DNA of 64,000 bases from Eledone cirrhosa (GCA_964016885.1 OZ024742.1:330150001-330214000); one strand, 5' to 3'. Shown: positions 1-14,042, counted from the first letter of the stretch. Program-made: numbers and translations. The notes: generated by a model from the letters alone, not told the origin.

Positions 1-399
1 GCCGCTGTTGCTGTGGTTGTTGTTGGTGTTGCTGCTGCTAATGCTGTTGTTGTTTATGCTGCTGGTGATGCTGTTGCGGCTGCTACTGTTGTTTTCATTG
101 TCACTGTTGCTGTTGTTATTACGGCTGCTACTGCTATTATTCCTGACGTCAGACGAATGAACTGGGTTTTCGTATTTCCCGCACACCTGTTTCGTCGCTG
201 TCGTCGTCGTGGAGAAACCTTGCACGCTTTGCACGAGACTTTTCTTTTCTTTCGTCACTTGCGAAAGAGAAGGGAGGGAGAGAGACACATTTAAAGAAGG
301 GAGGGAGAGAGACAATCTTCTCTCTGCTGTAGTGATGATTGAGGAAGAAGAAGACGGAATGAGTGGGAGTGACGTATGAAATTTCTTTTTCGTAGCCAT
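1..399 (-). CDS. Probable first coding exon of an unidentified host gene (Ser/Asn-rich N-terminus), open at the window edge
   Basis: ATG at 399 in context AAAACAACATGG. 133 stop-free codons to position 1 (MATKKKFHTSLPLIPSSSSS...VRNNSSSRNNNSNSDNENN...HSNSG). Absent from the ORF track because there is no stop in the window. No recognisable domain. Confidence 0.5.
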   Translation of the reverse strand, partial: MATKKKFHTSLPLIPSSSSSIITTAERRLSLSLPSLNVSLSLPSLSQVTKEKKSLVQSVQGFSTTTTATKQVCGKYENPVHSSDVRNNSSSSRNNNSNSDNENNSSSRNSITSSINNNSISSSNTNNNHSNSG

Positions 400-614
400 G
401 TTGTTTTTTGTTTAAAATGAAATTTTGGGTACAAAACCCCAATAACTGGTTATTTAACCCCGAAGGGCCAAATAACAGACAGAAAGACCCCTCTCACGAG
501 GAGGAGGGTGTCTTTATCAACAATTTGGTTCAAGTTTTAAACAATTTACAATTGTTTTAACGGTTAAAAATTACTATACCTTACAGAGCCGAGCCTCCGT
601 CAACCATGGCATTC

Positions 615-658
<44 letters not shown>

Positions 659-1601
659 GGGAAGAAGACGCACGAGGTGGTAGAACGTCACGAAATTGCT
701 CCCGTAAGTTTTTTTGATTTTTAACATATTTAAATCAATTGTGAAAGAACAATTCTTAGCACAAATGTTGCATAAAGGCACCGAATGAGGTCCCATAAAG
801 TTTCGGATCCATATTATATTGTTGTATCGCTCAAATATTCAATTTTGTATTATATATTTTGTATTCAAAAAAAGAAAATGGTTATAAATGGAACAAAACA
901 CCCTCTGTCTACACTATATAGAACAGCGGCAATTTCAATTTCACCAACACCAGAAACTTGATACACTACCTATCCCATCACACTAAATATAACGGCACCT
1001 TCACCGGCATCATAATAATAATTACTATTATTATTGTCTCAAATTTAAAAAAATGTTTAATTCAAATTTTACGGGAATATGTCAACACAAAATATAATGA
1101 AAATATATATTAAACATACGAACACAAACTCATAGATACTATATCAGTAACCACAACACCACCGCTGCCACCACCCCACCACATCCAGCATCGCCGCCAC
1201 CACTCATTCAATGCTACTGACACTATTCCCCTGTTAACTTGAGAGAGAAAAGTGAAGGTGGCGGTATAACTAGACAAGAGAGAGGCTAGCAAAAGATATA
1301 AATAGATTGACTTGGTGACCTTGCCACGGACAAACGTCTACATCAACAATTATGGGACTGCTGGCTCACCCCTTCCTCACCAACAATATAAAAAGCCCCG
1401 GCACCACCACCGACATAGCCAGCAGCAATAACAGCCAACTACAACAAAAAGTATATTATATTATTGTAATGCACTGGGTGATTGCTGGCCTTGTGCCTGG
1501 AGTGGAGACAATTATAAATAATTTCATTCTTAAGCCACGCAATGCTCACATTAAGGAACCACTCATGATAATAACAATTTAAAAAAAACAACAAAAAGAA
1601 A

Positions 1602-4600
1602 ACCCCGTGACCAAGAAATACCGGGATGGCGGCCGGCGGGGAATAGCCATGTCTCTAGGGGAGAACGACCCCTCTAGTCTTGGTTGACACTCGTTCTAGA
1701 AGTGGTAACACGAAATGATTACCCCTTGGCGGATAAGGATAAAACGCGACAAAATAAAGTAGATGTCTAATGATGAAATCTCATACCGGATCGGCCGTCA
1801 CCCGGGTAAAAAAGGGCCGCGTCCCTCAGAGAGGAACCAGACTGGGGTCGAAAAATCAGCTAATGGTTCAAACCTTCCCATCACTTCGGAGCTGGAGACC
1901 TCCCATAACCGGAATACTCCTACTGTTGGCCCTCCATGCTCACCACCAAGAAATCCAAAGAAAAAGAGAGAAAAATGGTCAAGGGAAGATAATAAAGAAG
2001 TCCTTGAGGCTTTCTACACTGCCATGTACTACCCATCAAATACATCGAATACAGAACAAACATATATCAACTGGAAAAAGAAACATCCCGAAAACAGAGG
2101 CTATATTGATAGTAACAAACTAGCCAATATACGAAGAAATATTGTAAGAAAAAAGTTACTAACTGATATAGAAATTGATCAGATCAAGCTAGTAGCACAA
2201 AGTCAGCGAAGGGAAAATGAAGCATGTGTCAGTGAAAACGAGGTAAACTGTAACACTTCGAATCCCAGGGTTGGGGCGGAATCACTGGCAACAGAACAAA
2301 TTAAAGAAAGGAGCGAAAAAGTGGAGGGAGTGCATGCTCAGGATGAAACTCCAAATGAAAATAATGAGATCGTAAATGATAAAGAAATGAATGAGAATGA
2401 ACTTGCCAACTTGAAGGATGAAATTATGATCGAATGGATGAAAATGAAAGAATCTGACATGGGGGAACGAGACACCCTCCCTAAGATCCAGAACTCCAAA
2501 CAGAACCAAAAGATAATACACAAGACTAACATAATTCTCAAAAACATTATCATCACAAACAAACTAAACATTACAGACTTAAATTATCTCTATTATGCAT
2601 CGGCTAAAGTCACCACTCACTTATGTGGAGTGAAGATGAAAAAACAAAGGAATTCCCACAAGAAATCTACTTGGCAAGATAACATCAATCGCCAAATAAA
2701 CCTTCTCCGATCTGACATAGAAATTTTAACAAACTATAAAGTAGGTGAACATGTTAAACAAACTAAACTTAGAAAATTGAAAAAAAAGTACAGTATAAGA
2801 TCAACATGTGACATAGACATGCTGATAGAAACAATCAAGCAAAAAGTGTCGGCCAAAGCTGCTCGTATAAGGCGCTTTGAAAAACGATCTAGATTCTATA
2901 CGGACAATAATATGTTCAAAAACAACCAAAGAAACTTCTACAGAAAAATTGGTAAGTCAACAATAACTGCTAAATCAATACCACCCAAGGAGGAAGTGCA
3001 AGAATTCTGGGAAAAGATCTGGGCCGAAGAAAAAGTTCATAACATACATGCCCCATGGATAGACAGACAAATGAAAGAAACAGCTCACCTTGAAGAACAA
3101 ACATGGGAAAATATAACAGTTGAACAGCTGCGCTTGGCTCTAAGAAAAACCAGCAAATGGAAATCCCCAGGAAAAGACAAAATACAAAACTTTTGGATAA
3201 ATGCCTTCACAGAGTCTCATGAGCTGTTAGCCCAACTTTACAATGAAATAGTTAAGGAGCCAGAAAAGATACCATCATGGCTAGTTAACGGCATTACATT
3301 CCTGCTACCGAAGAATGATGAGACAAACAATCCCAAAAATTACAGACCGATAACCTGCTTGACCACAATCTATAAAATTTTAACATCAGTCCTAACTGAA
3401 TACACATATGACCACCTGATAACAAATGACTTATTTCCCATTGAGCAGAAAGGGTGTAAACGAGGCTCATATGGCTGTAAGGATCAGCTTCTGGTTAACA
3501 AAATGATACTGGAAGATTGTCATAATAGACACAAAAATCTATCGATTGCTTGGATAGATTATAAAAAAGCATTTGATAGTTTGCCACACAGTTGGATTGA
3601 AAAATGTTTAGAGATTTTCAAAATATCCCCCGTTCTCAGGAGGTTTTTGTCATTCAGTATGAGGACATGGAGAACGACACTCCTTTTGAATAGTGAAACA
3701 AAATCACTGGAAGCTGGAGAAGTTAACATTAATTGTGGAATTTTTCAGGGTGACTCTTTATCACCGCTTTTATTCTGCATCGCACTTATACCATTAAGTA
3801 AAATGCTCAATGAAACAAAACATGGATATAGAGTCTATGACAAAACCATTAATCACCTGTTCTACATGGATGACCTGAAACTATTTGCAAAAAATGGTGA
3901 ACAATTGCAAGGGCTATTATCCACTGTGAAGCAGTTCAGTGATGACATTAAAATGGAGTTTGGACTGGATAAATACGCCAAAGCAACGTTCACCAGAGGA
4001 AAGCTGCTGAAGAGTTCAGACATTAATCTTGATCGGGGGAACGTGATAAGAGAGCTTGATCAAGAACAAACTTACAAATATCTAGGTGTTTGTGAAGGAG
4101 ACGGAATCAAGCACTCGACAATGAGGGAAAGGATAAGGAAGGAATGTTACCGCAGAGTCAGAGCAATCTTAAGAACGGAATTGAATGCAAGGAATAGGAT
4201 CGATGCCATAAACACGCTTGCCATACCAGTAGTAACCTACAGTTACAATGTCATCAACTGGTCAAGCACAGAGATCCGTAGGCTCGATACAAAAATCCGA
4301 AAATCCTTAACCATGCACAGAATGCATCACCCTAAGGCAGACATAGATAGAATATATCTCCCTAGGAAAGAAGGAGGACGTGGGTTAATCCAGTTAGACA
4401 TTGCGTTGAAAACTGCAACAATTGGATTATCCACATATCTAAGGGAATCACATGATTGGATGATCAAACTCGTTTTGAAACACGAAAGCACCAAAAGATC
4501 ATATTCCATTACAAAAGATGCACAAAGATACAGTAATGGACTACAAATTTCAGAAGTCCCATTTACTGCTGAAATGGAAAACACAGAAAAAGCAAAGCAG

Positions 4601-5570
4601 GTAAAAGTAACTGCAAAGAAAGAACTGCTACAGAAACTGGCTAAGAAATGACAAGAAAAGCCTCTGTATGGAAAATACCCAGAGCGAGCTAACAATCCTG
4701 ATGTTGACAAAACTTTAACCCATCAGTGGTTGGCATCCTCTGGACTGAAATCGGAGACTGAAGGACTGATTATATCCGCACAAGATCAGTGTCTGCCAAC
4801 AAAAAATTACCAAGCCAACATAATAAAAAATGGGTGCAGCCCATTATGCCGTGTATGCAAAAAACAACCAGAGACCATTGACCATATAATTTCAATGTGC
4901 AGTGCTATAGCTCCAACCGAATACCTAAACAGGCATGACAGAGCTGCACAATACATACATTGGATAATGTGTAAGCATTTTGACCTGCCCCATCAAAAGA
5001 ATTGGTGGGAACATCAACCACCTCCCATACATGAAAAAGATCACATCTCAATCTTGTGGAACTTTAGCATCCAAACAGACCGAAAAATAGATGCAAATAG
5101 ACCTGATATAATATTGAAGGACTTTCAAAGGAGGGTATGCCTGCTAATTGATATGTCTGTTCCAATAGACAAGAATGTATCTATAAAAACATTTGAAAAA
5201 TTGAGCAAGTATAAGGACCTGGAGATAGAAATTGGAAAAATGTTGAAATTGAGAACTAAAACAATACCAGTGGTTGTAGGCGCTCTGGGAATGATATCTA
5301 AGGGGTCTAACGACTACTTATCGCAAATCCCAGGAAACCCCCGTATAGGAGAAATACAAAAGTTAGTACTAATGGGAACTGCCCATATACTAAGGAAGAT
5401 CCTGTCAATATAAGTACATCACAAGTCTAAACACTAAGGATGCATGTGTGAGTAAGTATGTTCTTTCTTGAACATGGCGGACCTTGTTGTCTCTTGAGGT
5501 CACTGGTTGTGACTTGGTGATAACTCGTATAAACATAAAGCAAGATAAATGCAAATAATAATAATAATAA
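1602..5570 (+). mobile_element. R4/Dong-clade non-LTR retrotransposon, near full length, (TAA)n tail
   Basis: Single long RT-RLE reading frame; 3' UTR ends GCAAA(TAA)n. 5' boundary approximate. Confidence 0.85.
1763..5413 (+). pseudogene. RT + CCHC knuckle + restriction-like endonuclease ORF with one in-frame TGA (4649-4651)
   Basis: Motifs KSPGKD, NYRPITCL, WIDYKKAFDS, GIFQGDSLSP, YMDDLK, YKYLG, GGRGL, then CRVC..ETIDHIISMC, RHD, RPDI..D, KLSKY. ORFs 1763-4651 and 4730-5413 are in the same frame with no other stop between them. Confidence 0.92.
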
Positions 5571-5800
5571 TGTTCAAGAAAGAACATACATACTCACACA
5601 TGCATCTTTAGTGTTTAGACTTACAAGTACATCACAAGTCTAAACACTAAAGATGCATGTGTGAGTATGTATGTTCTTTCTTGAACATGGCGGACCTTGT
5701 TGTCTCTTGAGGTCACTGGTTGTGACTTGGTGATAACTCGTATGAACATAAAGCAAGATAAATGCAACTGTAATAATAATAATAAGAATAATAATAATAA
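5570..5800 (+). mobile_element. Second, 5'-truncated Dong 3' UTR copy with an inverted 5' segment, inserted in the TAA tail of the first
   Basis: 5625-5766 repeats 5412-5554. 5570-5622 is the reverse complement of 5636-5688. It has its own (TAA)n/(GAA)n tail. Confidence 0.85.
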
Positions 5801-5860
5801 GAAGAAGATAAAGAAGAAGAAGAAGAAGATGACGACGGCGCTCTATTTGGGTGTTTCTAA

Positions 5861-7190
5861 TCTATATATATAAAACTGAGGTTGTCTGTCTGTCTACTAA
5901 AACCTTCGGCACACATCTCCTCTTAAACCGTACGTTCAAATTTCGGTGAAATTGCTACACTTATAGATGAAGGTCCGGCGGAACCATCGGTCAAATAAAT
6001 GTTCAAATAAGTTCTTGTTTTTTATTATGTCATCTATATATATAAAACTGAGGTTGTCTGTCTGTCTACTGGTTATCTGTCTGTCTACTGGTTGTCTGTC
6101 TGTCTACTAAAACCTTCGGCACACATCTCCTCTTAAACCGTACGTTCAAATTTCGGTGAAATTGCTACACTTATAGATGAAGGTCCGGCGAAACCATCGG
6201 TCAAATTAATTTTCAAATCGACCCACGCCAAGTGTAAAAATCGAATTTGTAATGTATTGATTTTTCAGTTCAAATGTATAAATAGAGATGAGAGACGAGT
6301 TATTTCCCTTTTATGGCGTAATTTGCTTATCTATTTATGTTACGCATAAATGACGCGGTGGACTGACAAGAACAATTTCATGCAAAGACAAGACCAAGTT
6401 TATGGTGTAAATGGAGTCGTTAGCCTAATATTCTATTTAAAATAACCGAATGATTTCCAGCCCCGGAGTTTAAGAATGATGTAAATAAAATTGTAAACGA
6501 AAATGACAGGTTATTAAAATAGTTGTTTCTACTTTTGGCACAAGGCCAGCAATTAAACAGTACATTACTGGTATTTTATTTTATCGACCCCGTAAGGATG
6601 AAAGGCAAAGTTAACCTCGAGGGATTTTAACTTTGCCTTAACATAGTAAAAATAAATAGTGAAGATTTAGGCCAGTACATATGTATGCACCGACGAACAT
6701 ACACATACTTATACATACGCACACACAAATACATACACACACACACACGTGCGCGTGCGCGCCTGTGTGTAAACCTTATGCATTTCTACAGTATTTTCAC
6801 CAAACTTAAGACATAGGTTACTCATGTACTCCGGATGGTCATGGACACTTTCATTTTTCCAGATATTGATTATAGGGCCTCCCGGCGGATAACGCCCTTT
6901 AACCACTTCCTTGGAGTCGACTGAAGCACTGCAGTGCAATGCAAAAAAAACGTCATAACTTCTGGAGTTCGCAACCGATTTTCACAAAACTTGACACATG
7001 GGATACGTTGAATGTGAACTCTCATAATTGGCACATATTGAGTAGGGGACCCCTGAGGGCAGGAACCCCCTTTTGGAAAAAGTCGATGAGTTTATAAAAG
7101 TATAGTTTCCGAAGCAGCACTGAAGTATTGACATAAATGGTATACATAACTGCTATTTAATACCCGAGCAACGCCGGGTACCTCTACTAG
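5861..7190 (+). mobile_element. Non-autonomous Helitron, unit 1
   Basis: Starts TCTATATATATAAAAC after an A, has subterminal (GTCT)n, 3' hairpin CCCGAGCAACGCCGGG, ends CTAG. 5' terminus is duplicated internally at 6033. Confidence 0.85.
6524..6632 (-). mobile_element. SINE fragment carried inside the Helitron (also 7814-7925)
   Basis: Matches the SINE body GCCTTTCATCCTTACGGGGTCGATAAAAT...GCCTTGTGCCAAAAGTAGAAACA. Confidence 0.8.
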
Positions 7191-8495
7191 TCTATATATA
7201 TAAAACTGAAGTTGTCTGTCTGTCTATTAAAACCTTCAGCCCACATCTCCTCTTAAACCGTACGTTCAAATTTCGGTGAAATTGCTACACTTATAGATGA
7301 AGGTCCGACGGAACCATCGGTCAAAGAAATTTTCAAATAAGTTCTTGTTTTTGATTATGTCATTTATATATATAAAACTGAGGTTGTCTGTCTGTCTACT
7401 AAAACCTTCGGCACACATCTCCTCTTAAACCGTACGTTCAAATTTCGGTGAAATTGCTACACTTATAGATGAAGGTCCGGCGGAACCATCGATCAAATAC
7501 ATTTTCAAATCGACCCACGCCAAGTGTTCAAATCGAATTTGTAATGTATTGATTTTTCAGTTCAAATGTATAAATAGAGATGAGATACGAGTTATTTCCC
7601 TTTTATGGCGTCATTTGCTTAGCTATTTATGTTACGTATAAACGACGCGGTGGACCGAGAAGAAAAATTTCATGCAAAGAGAAGACCAAGTTTATGGTGT
7701 AAATGGAGTCGTTAGCCTAATATTCTATTTAAAATAACCGAATGATTTCCAGCCCCGGAGTTTAAGAATGATGTAAATAAAATTGTAAACGAAAATGACA
7801 GGTTATTAAAATAGTTGTTTCTACTTTTGGCACAAGGCCAGCAATTAAACAGTACATTACTGGTACTTTATTTTATCGACCCCGTAAGGATGAAAGGCAA
7901 AGTTAACCTCGACGGGATTTTAACTTTGCCTTAACATAGTAAAAATAAATAGTGAAGATTTAGGCCAGTACATATGTATGCACCGACGAACATACACATA
8001 CTTATACATACGCACACACAAATACATACACACACACACACGTGCGCGTGCGCACCTGTGTGTAAACCTTATGCATTTCTACAGTATTTTCATCAAACTT
8101 AAGACATAGGTTACTCATGTACTGCGGATGGTCATGGACACTTTCATTTTTCCAGATATTGATTATAGGGCCTCCCGGCGGATAATGCCCTTTAACCACT
8201 TCCTTGGAGTCGACTGAAGCACTGCAGTGCAATGCAAAAAAAACGTCATAACTTCTGGAGTTCGCAACCGATTTTCACAAAACTTGACACATGGGATACG
8301 TTTGTTCTACAGATGAATGTGAACTCTCAGAATTGGCACATATTGAGTAGGGGAGCCCTGAGGGCAGGAACCCCCTTTTGGAAAAAGTCGATGAGTTTAT
8401 AAAAGTATAGTTTTCGAAGCAGCACTGAAGTATTGACATAAATGGTATACATAACTGCTATTTAATACCAGAGCAACGCCGGGTACCTCTGCTAG
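7191..8495 (+). mobile_element. Non-autonomous Helitron, unit 2 (head-to-tail)
   Basis: Near-identical to unit 1. Exact CTAG|TC junction; ends CTAG followed by T; second 5' terminus at 7363. Confidence 0.85.
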
Positions 8496-11316
8496 TCGAT
8501 CGCTAAAGGAGGAAAGATATAATTGACTTCGGCATGCCTTGAACTAAAATCGCAAAGATAAGGAAGAAATACTAATACATAAATCCGACGCGCTATCGAA
8601 CTTGCGAAATCGCTGCCTATTAATTATCTCATATATAGTAATGAAATTACGAAAAATATATTTTAAAAATTAAAACTCCAAAAAGTATTAACTAATCGAA
8701 AGATAAGCTTGGTAATGGAATTCATTACATCGTCTGTATATTTAACCGAAATAAATCTTGTTCTTTTATTGGATAACATATTTCATTTGAAGGATATCTA
8801 TAATCAAATGTAAATATTTCTTATCTCCTGGAAATATGAAAGATATAGATGAGCTCCCTAAAAGTAAAAAAGTCGCACCTAAACATATGACGCCATATTG
8901 TTCCTATGAATTATTGTTCCTCGCAACACTATGCCTTAAGCCGCCTACACGTATTCGAAATAACAAGAGATAAATTGGACTGAGGTTGATGTTTTGTTAA
9001 TAACTCACACATATTTGCAGAGCATCTCATCACTTGTATATTACTTTGGAACAACAAAACCAAAATAATATATATTTTATGTACGTAATGTTTTCGTACC
9101 CAGAAAACGTATAATCACGTGTAAAATCAGCCAAAGCATAGTTCATCGGTGTGCTCTCTGATTAAACGCTATTCGACCAGAGTTTCGCTCCTCAAAAAAC
9201 GACTACTTCTCTGCATCCAAATATCCGAGTTCCAGTACAAAGAACATCTAGTTAGAATGTTCAATATAAGATTCGGACAATGTCTACTAATAGGAGATGA
9301 TATAGCAAAATAGTTGTACATGCATACACTCGGATAGTCTCCCTTGATGTTTGCTTCTATTAGGACACTTTGGAAGACATATCTGAGGCATATTACCAAA
9401 ATAAACCTCTCACTAATAACGGGCTCAAGGAAAAATATAGTCCATATCCATAGTTTAGAGACATTTATCTGAACTATATATCTATTATTTGCTCGTCGAG
9501 TATGTAGATGTTTTGTACCCATATATTTTCCTTTATCAACTAAACAGTCTTGTATTCTATATTGCACATTTACAAACAGAAACGTTTTATCAAAATGTAG
9601 ACATGCTATTTTTTTGTGTCAGGAATTGTTGGCCCGTGACAGATATGTCGTAGACAGTTTTGAAATATATGAACCCAGTTTTGTTGTAATACTTTGAAAG
9701 AATTCAGAAGTTATGGGCGATAACCATGATTTATTGCATGCAGCACGCATACTGGGGATAAGATTCGTTTGCCCACTTCCAAATATAAACTCTAGCCGAT
9801 AATTGTGTTTCAGTCTATCCTTACTGACGTCACACACATAGTTCGGTTCATCAATGCCTAAAATGGTGACTAAATTAGAAACAGATATCAAATAGGTTAT
9901 AAGACTGGAAAAAGAAAGAAACTCCTTTGTTGGATTTGCTCGAAGAGTATAACCATTTCTTTTGTCATTCTCGTATCTTTTTTCAAAAATATATCCTCAA
10001 TTCTACTCCTTTATTATTCATACTCAACCAAGGAATTATTTTCAGAGAAACATCAATAATTATTTATCGCAGATGTTATATATACACTTGCCAAAAGGGT
10101 GTATTATGATAAATTGTTATATGAGTCTTCGAACTTGTGTATAGTAAATAAACGTTTCCTTGGAGATTTAGCTCTAAAAGAAAAAAATCTATTATTAGAA
10201 TATTCAGTTAGTTTACGGATATATTTGAGATCATACATTGGTTGCGGTTCCCAAAGGTGCTATTTTCTATTATTTTCATTTGTTTAACCACATCTCACGC
10301 TATGTTGAGTTCTGTCAAACTTTGACATTGCTCTTGCGTGAAATATGAAATGAAAATATGAAATTTCAACAAATAACTATTCATAATACATAACACAATG
10401 TGTGTTTTTTGTTTTATTCATTCATATTCTCTTTAATTCATATGGAAATTACTTTAAGACAAATACATAATAAAACAAAACGTGGAAAAACGAAAACAAA
10501 TGTGCGTTACATAGAAGTATTTTTATTTTATAGCAGTGTATACCATGACTCTTCTCAGCTATTGCATTTAATATGTGTGATTAAAGTGTTGGCGATAAGG
10601 TTATCATTGTGATTAGAACCTAAATAACATGTAAATATCCGTATTTTAAGTAAATACTCCTAATTTACACTCTCGGTGTATAATGAAAGCGAGGTTATCT
10701 TTCTAAATATTCTACGTTTTCAGAACTTTACATATTCACGTAAGTAACATTCTGAGCGTATACATAATTACACATTGGTGACTGGCAAGAAATTTTCAAA
10801 TAGCAAAATAGCTAAGTGGCTAGCGAGATGTTATAAGCAGAAATATTAAAATGGTGTCTGAATAGGCTATAACGAAGTAACACGCTGCCAATTAAGATAG
10901 GAACATGTGAAGTAGACATCAAATGGAAAACCTTACAACCTAATTAGGTTTCACTATGACGAGGTGAAGCAGATGATTGTTATATGCAAGTCACGTGGAA
11001 TGGATAATGGTTAGATTCACTGTCATCTAATAAATTCGAGAGCTATATTATGTTCTTACTTATGCGACATATCAAACTATCTATCTATATGTGTCACAAT
11101 CACATATTACGTATATATGCGTATAAGTATACATATATATAGAATGATTAAGTATCGAGAGAGAGAAGAAAGAAAAGATAGGCGATACATATATTAAGTT
11201 GCCAACACCCATAATATAAAAATGCTAAACACCATCATATGAACAGCTATAAAAACAAAATGGGACCAGTTGTCTGAACACCGGCCAGAGTTACTCCCCC
11301 TGCTCTTCGATAATGA

Positions 11317-11495
11317 CTGTTTCTACTTTAGGCACAAGGCCAGAAAATTATCCAGTACATTACTGGTACTTTATTTTATCGACCCCGTAAGGATGAAAGG
11401 CAAAGTTTACCTCAGCGGGATTTGACTCAAACCGTAAAGGGACGTAACTATGCTAGAAAGCATGGCGTCCAACCCTCTACCGATACTGCCAATTC
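11317..11495 (-). mobile_element. tRNA-derived SINE (resembles octopus SINE families)
   Basis: A-box TGGCAGTATCGG, B-box-like GAGTCAAATCC, conserved body shared with other copies. Confidence 0.8.
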
Positions 11496-11667
11496 AATAA
11501 CAACATATGCATGTACGTGAAGAATGAACTCTGATGTTAATTTAACAATGAAATCCCTCCTGGGTCCGGTATTGGTTTTTTTTTGTTTTCCATGCCCTTA
11601 ATTAGCCCATTCCGGTCGAAACGTACGTAAAACATGTTCTAACGGTCTTAAACTCCTTGTATTCATT

Positions 11668-11844
<177 letters not shown>

Positions 11845-12030
11845 GCCGGGTTCAATCGGGGGTAACCACAGTTGCTAAGGTACTCAATACATGGCAGAGT
11901 ATAGGTATTTAATATACAAATGGTTTCTACAAGACTAGAACTGATTCATTGAAGGAAATTATTTGGAAAGCAGCAGGAACGCCCAGGTTTTTCCTGGTAA
12001 AGCAGTTATAGTCATGTAGATGCCAATACT
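11845..12030 (-). mobile_element. Diverged copy of the repeat at 39903-40275
   Basis: Shared AATCGG.GGTAACCACAGT..TAAGGTACTCAATACAT.GCAGAGTATA; flanked by TA tracts. Confidence 0.7.
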
Positions 12031-12086
12031 ATACTAAATATATATATATATACAGACACACACACACTCACACACACACACATACA

Positions 12087-12176
<90 letters not shown>

Positions 12177-12178
<2 letters not shown>

Positions 12179-13226
12179 GTAAAAGAAACCAAAGAACGCT
12201 TACATACTCAAACTGTTTTTATTTGCTTACATTGTTTCATCCATATCGTTTGGTAGGGTCCTCAGAGCTTAATAAACACAGTGCTGAGTATAAGCTCCAC
12301 CAAGCTTAATCACACGAACAATCGGAATGCAATAGAGGGTAAAGATAGGGAGATAGGAGATGGTGAACAAGGAGGGGGTACATTTTGGGGTTGTTAAGCA
12401 CCACAGCTAAATGCTAGGGCACAAGCAGATTTTACAATTGATGGCACACACAAGCAAAAAATGCAAGCAATGGTTAAAACATAATAAAACAAAATATAAT
12501 AAAATAATAAAAAAAATAAAAGGATGATAATATAAAGACATAAAAAGTAAATAAAAGGTAAACATTTTTTTTTATTTTAAAAGGAAAAAAATTAAAACAA
12601 AGAAGAAAAATATTTTAAGCACATAAAAAAGCCAGAGGAATTTAAGCGCTTATCCCTAATAATACGAGTGAATAGAATCTCCAAAAACGTCTTAGCGCTT
12701 ATATAACTATAAGTTACGGAGATCCTATTCACTCGTTTTATCAGGGACCAGCGCTTAAATTCCTTTGGCTTTTGTATGTGCTTAAAACATTTTTCTTCTT
12801 TCTGTTTTAATTTCTTTCCTTTTAAACATTAAAAAAAAAGTATTTACATTTTATTTACTTTTTATCTCTTTATATTATTATCCTTTTATTTTTTTTTGTT
12901 TTATTATATTCTTTTATTATGTTTTAACCATTCCTTGCATTTTTTGCTTTTTTGTGCCATCAATTGTAAAATCCGCTTGTGCCCTAGCATTTAGCTGTGG
13001 TGTTTAACAACCCCAACACGTACCCCCTCCTTTTCGTCATCTCCTATCTCCCTATATTTGCCCTCTATTGTATTCCGATTGTTCGTGTGACTAAGCTTGG
13101 TGGAGCTTATACTCAGCACTGTGTTTATTAAGCTCTGAGGATATCTACAAATCGGTATTGATGAAACTATGTAAGCAAATAAAATCTGTTTGAGTATGTA
13201 AGCGTTATTTGTTTTCTTTTACATAT
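12177..13226. mobile_element. Fold-back (head-to-head) PLE pseudo-LTR-like dimer with arms of about 500 bp
   Basis: 12177-12681 is inverted relative to 12718-13226. TA flank on the left; an HHR motif in each arm. Confidence 0.8.
13132..13176 (+). ncRNA. Minimal type I hammerhead motif (mirror copy 12225-12268, minus)
   Basis: GCT-CTGAGGA-imperfect stem II-GAAAC-tat-GTA-AGC. Stem I is only 3 bp. Confidence 0.55.
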
Positions 13227-13305
13227 AACGGCTCTGTTCTTGTAGATTGAGCTAATACAATACTGTCATAATACAACACGGTGCATGTGTGTTTATGCAC
13301 ATATG

Positions 13306-13869
13306 AATCTTCTCCACGCTTGTTCTAAATAATCTTCTCGCTACCATTTTGGCCGAAAATCTTTTCCAGGATTCATAAAAATGGCTTCTCTCTCGGCCCT
13401 CTAAAATCGCTATCACCCCCACTCTCTCTATCTCTCCCTCACTCCCTCTCACCCCCTACTCGCACCAAATATAAATAAGCCTGTTACGAGAGACAAAACT
13501 CAGAATTTGTCAACTCTTATTAATGGTCAGTCCGCTTCTACGAAATGTAACGTATAAATAACATTTTCTTCTTGCCTCCCCAACCTTCAGTTCATTCCTC
13601 CATATATCTATAATCGCCCAGAGTCCAAATCCTACTTCATAATTGCTATTCTATAATTCTGTCTCACTGTTTTAAAAAATCTTCTCCACGCTTGTTCTAA
13701 ATAATCTTCTCGCTAACATTTTGGCCGAAATATTTTTCCAGGATTCATAAAAATGGCTTCTCTCTCTCTCGGTCCTCTAAAATCGATATCACCCCACTCT
13801 CTCTATCATATACGTCGCTCTCTCAATCTCTCTCTCACTCCCTACTCGCACCAAATATAAATAAGCCTG
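13306..13869 (+). repeat. Direct repeat of about 185 bp (13306-13483, 13678-13869) upstream of the RTE
   Basis: AATCTTCTCCACGCTTGTTC...GCACCAAATATAAATAAGCCTG occurs twice. Confidence 0.85.
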
Positions 13870-14042
13870 CTCCTCGCTAACTACCCCATACCCCTCCCTC
13901 CCTCCCCACTCTCCACTTTTATTATTTGGACCAATCACTCCTGGTTGCTTTTCGATATGATGGATGGACTAAGGAATTTCTGGAGAGTCTGAAGAATCTG
14001 GACACTCGAAGACAATGCCAAAGATAACGACAAATTTACCTC

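Noticed and set aside
1602-1762. HDV-like ribozyme in the Dong 5' UTR
   Set aside because: GC-rich and plausible, but the nested double pseudoknot could not be assigned by eye.
4649-4651. TGA as selenocysteine or readthrough
   Set aside because: It falls where Trp (TGG) is expected, so a simple transition is more likely. No SECIS was recognised.
9169-9891. Two minus-strand ORFs (132 and 90 aa) with a possible splice acceptor near 9905
   Set aside because: No recognisable motifs, and lengths are compatible with chance.
12177-13226. Interpreting the fold-backs as MITEs or CRISPR-like arrays
   Set aside because: Across the window arms are often unequal, single truncated copies exist, HHRs are present and some link to PLE ORFs. 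There is no repeat-spacer periodicity.
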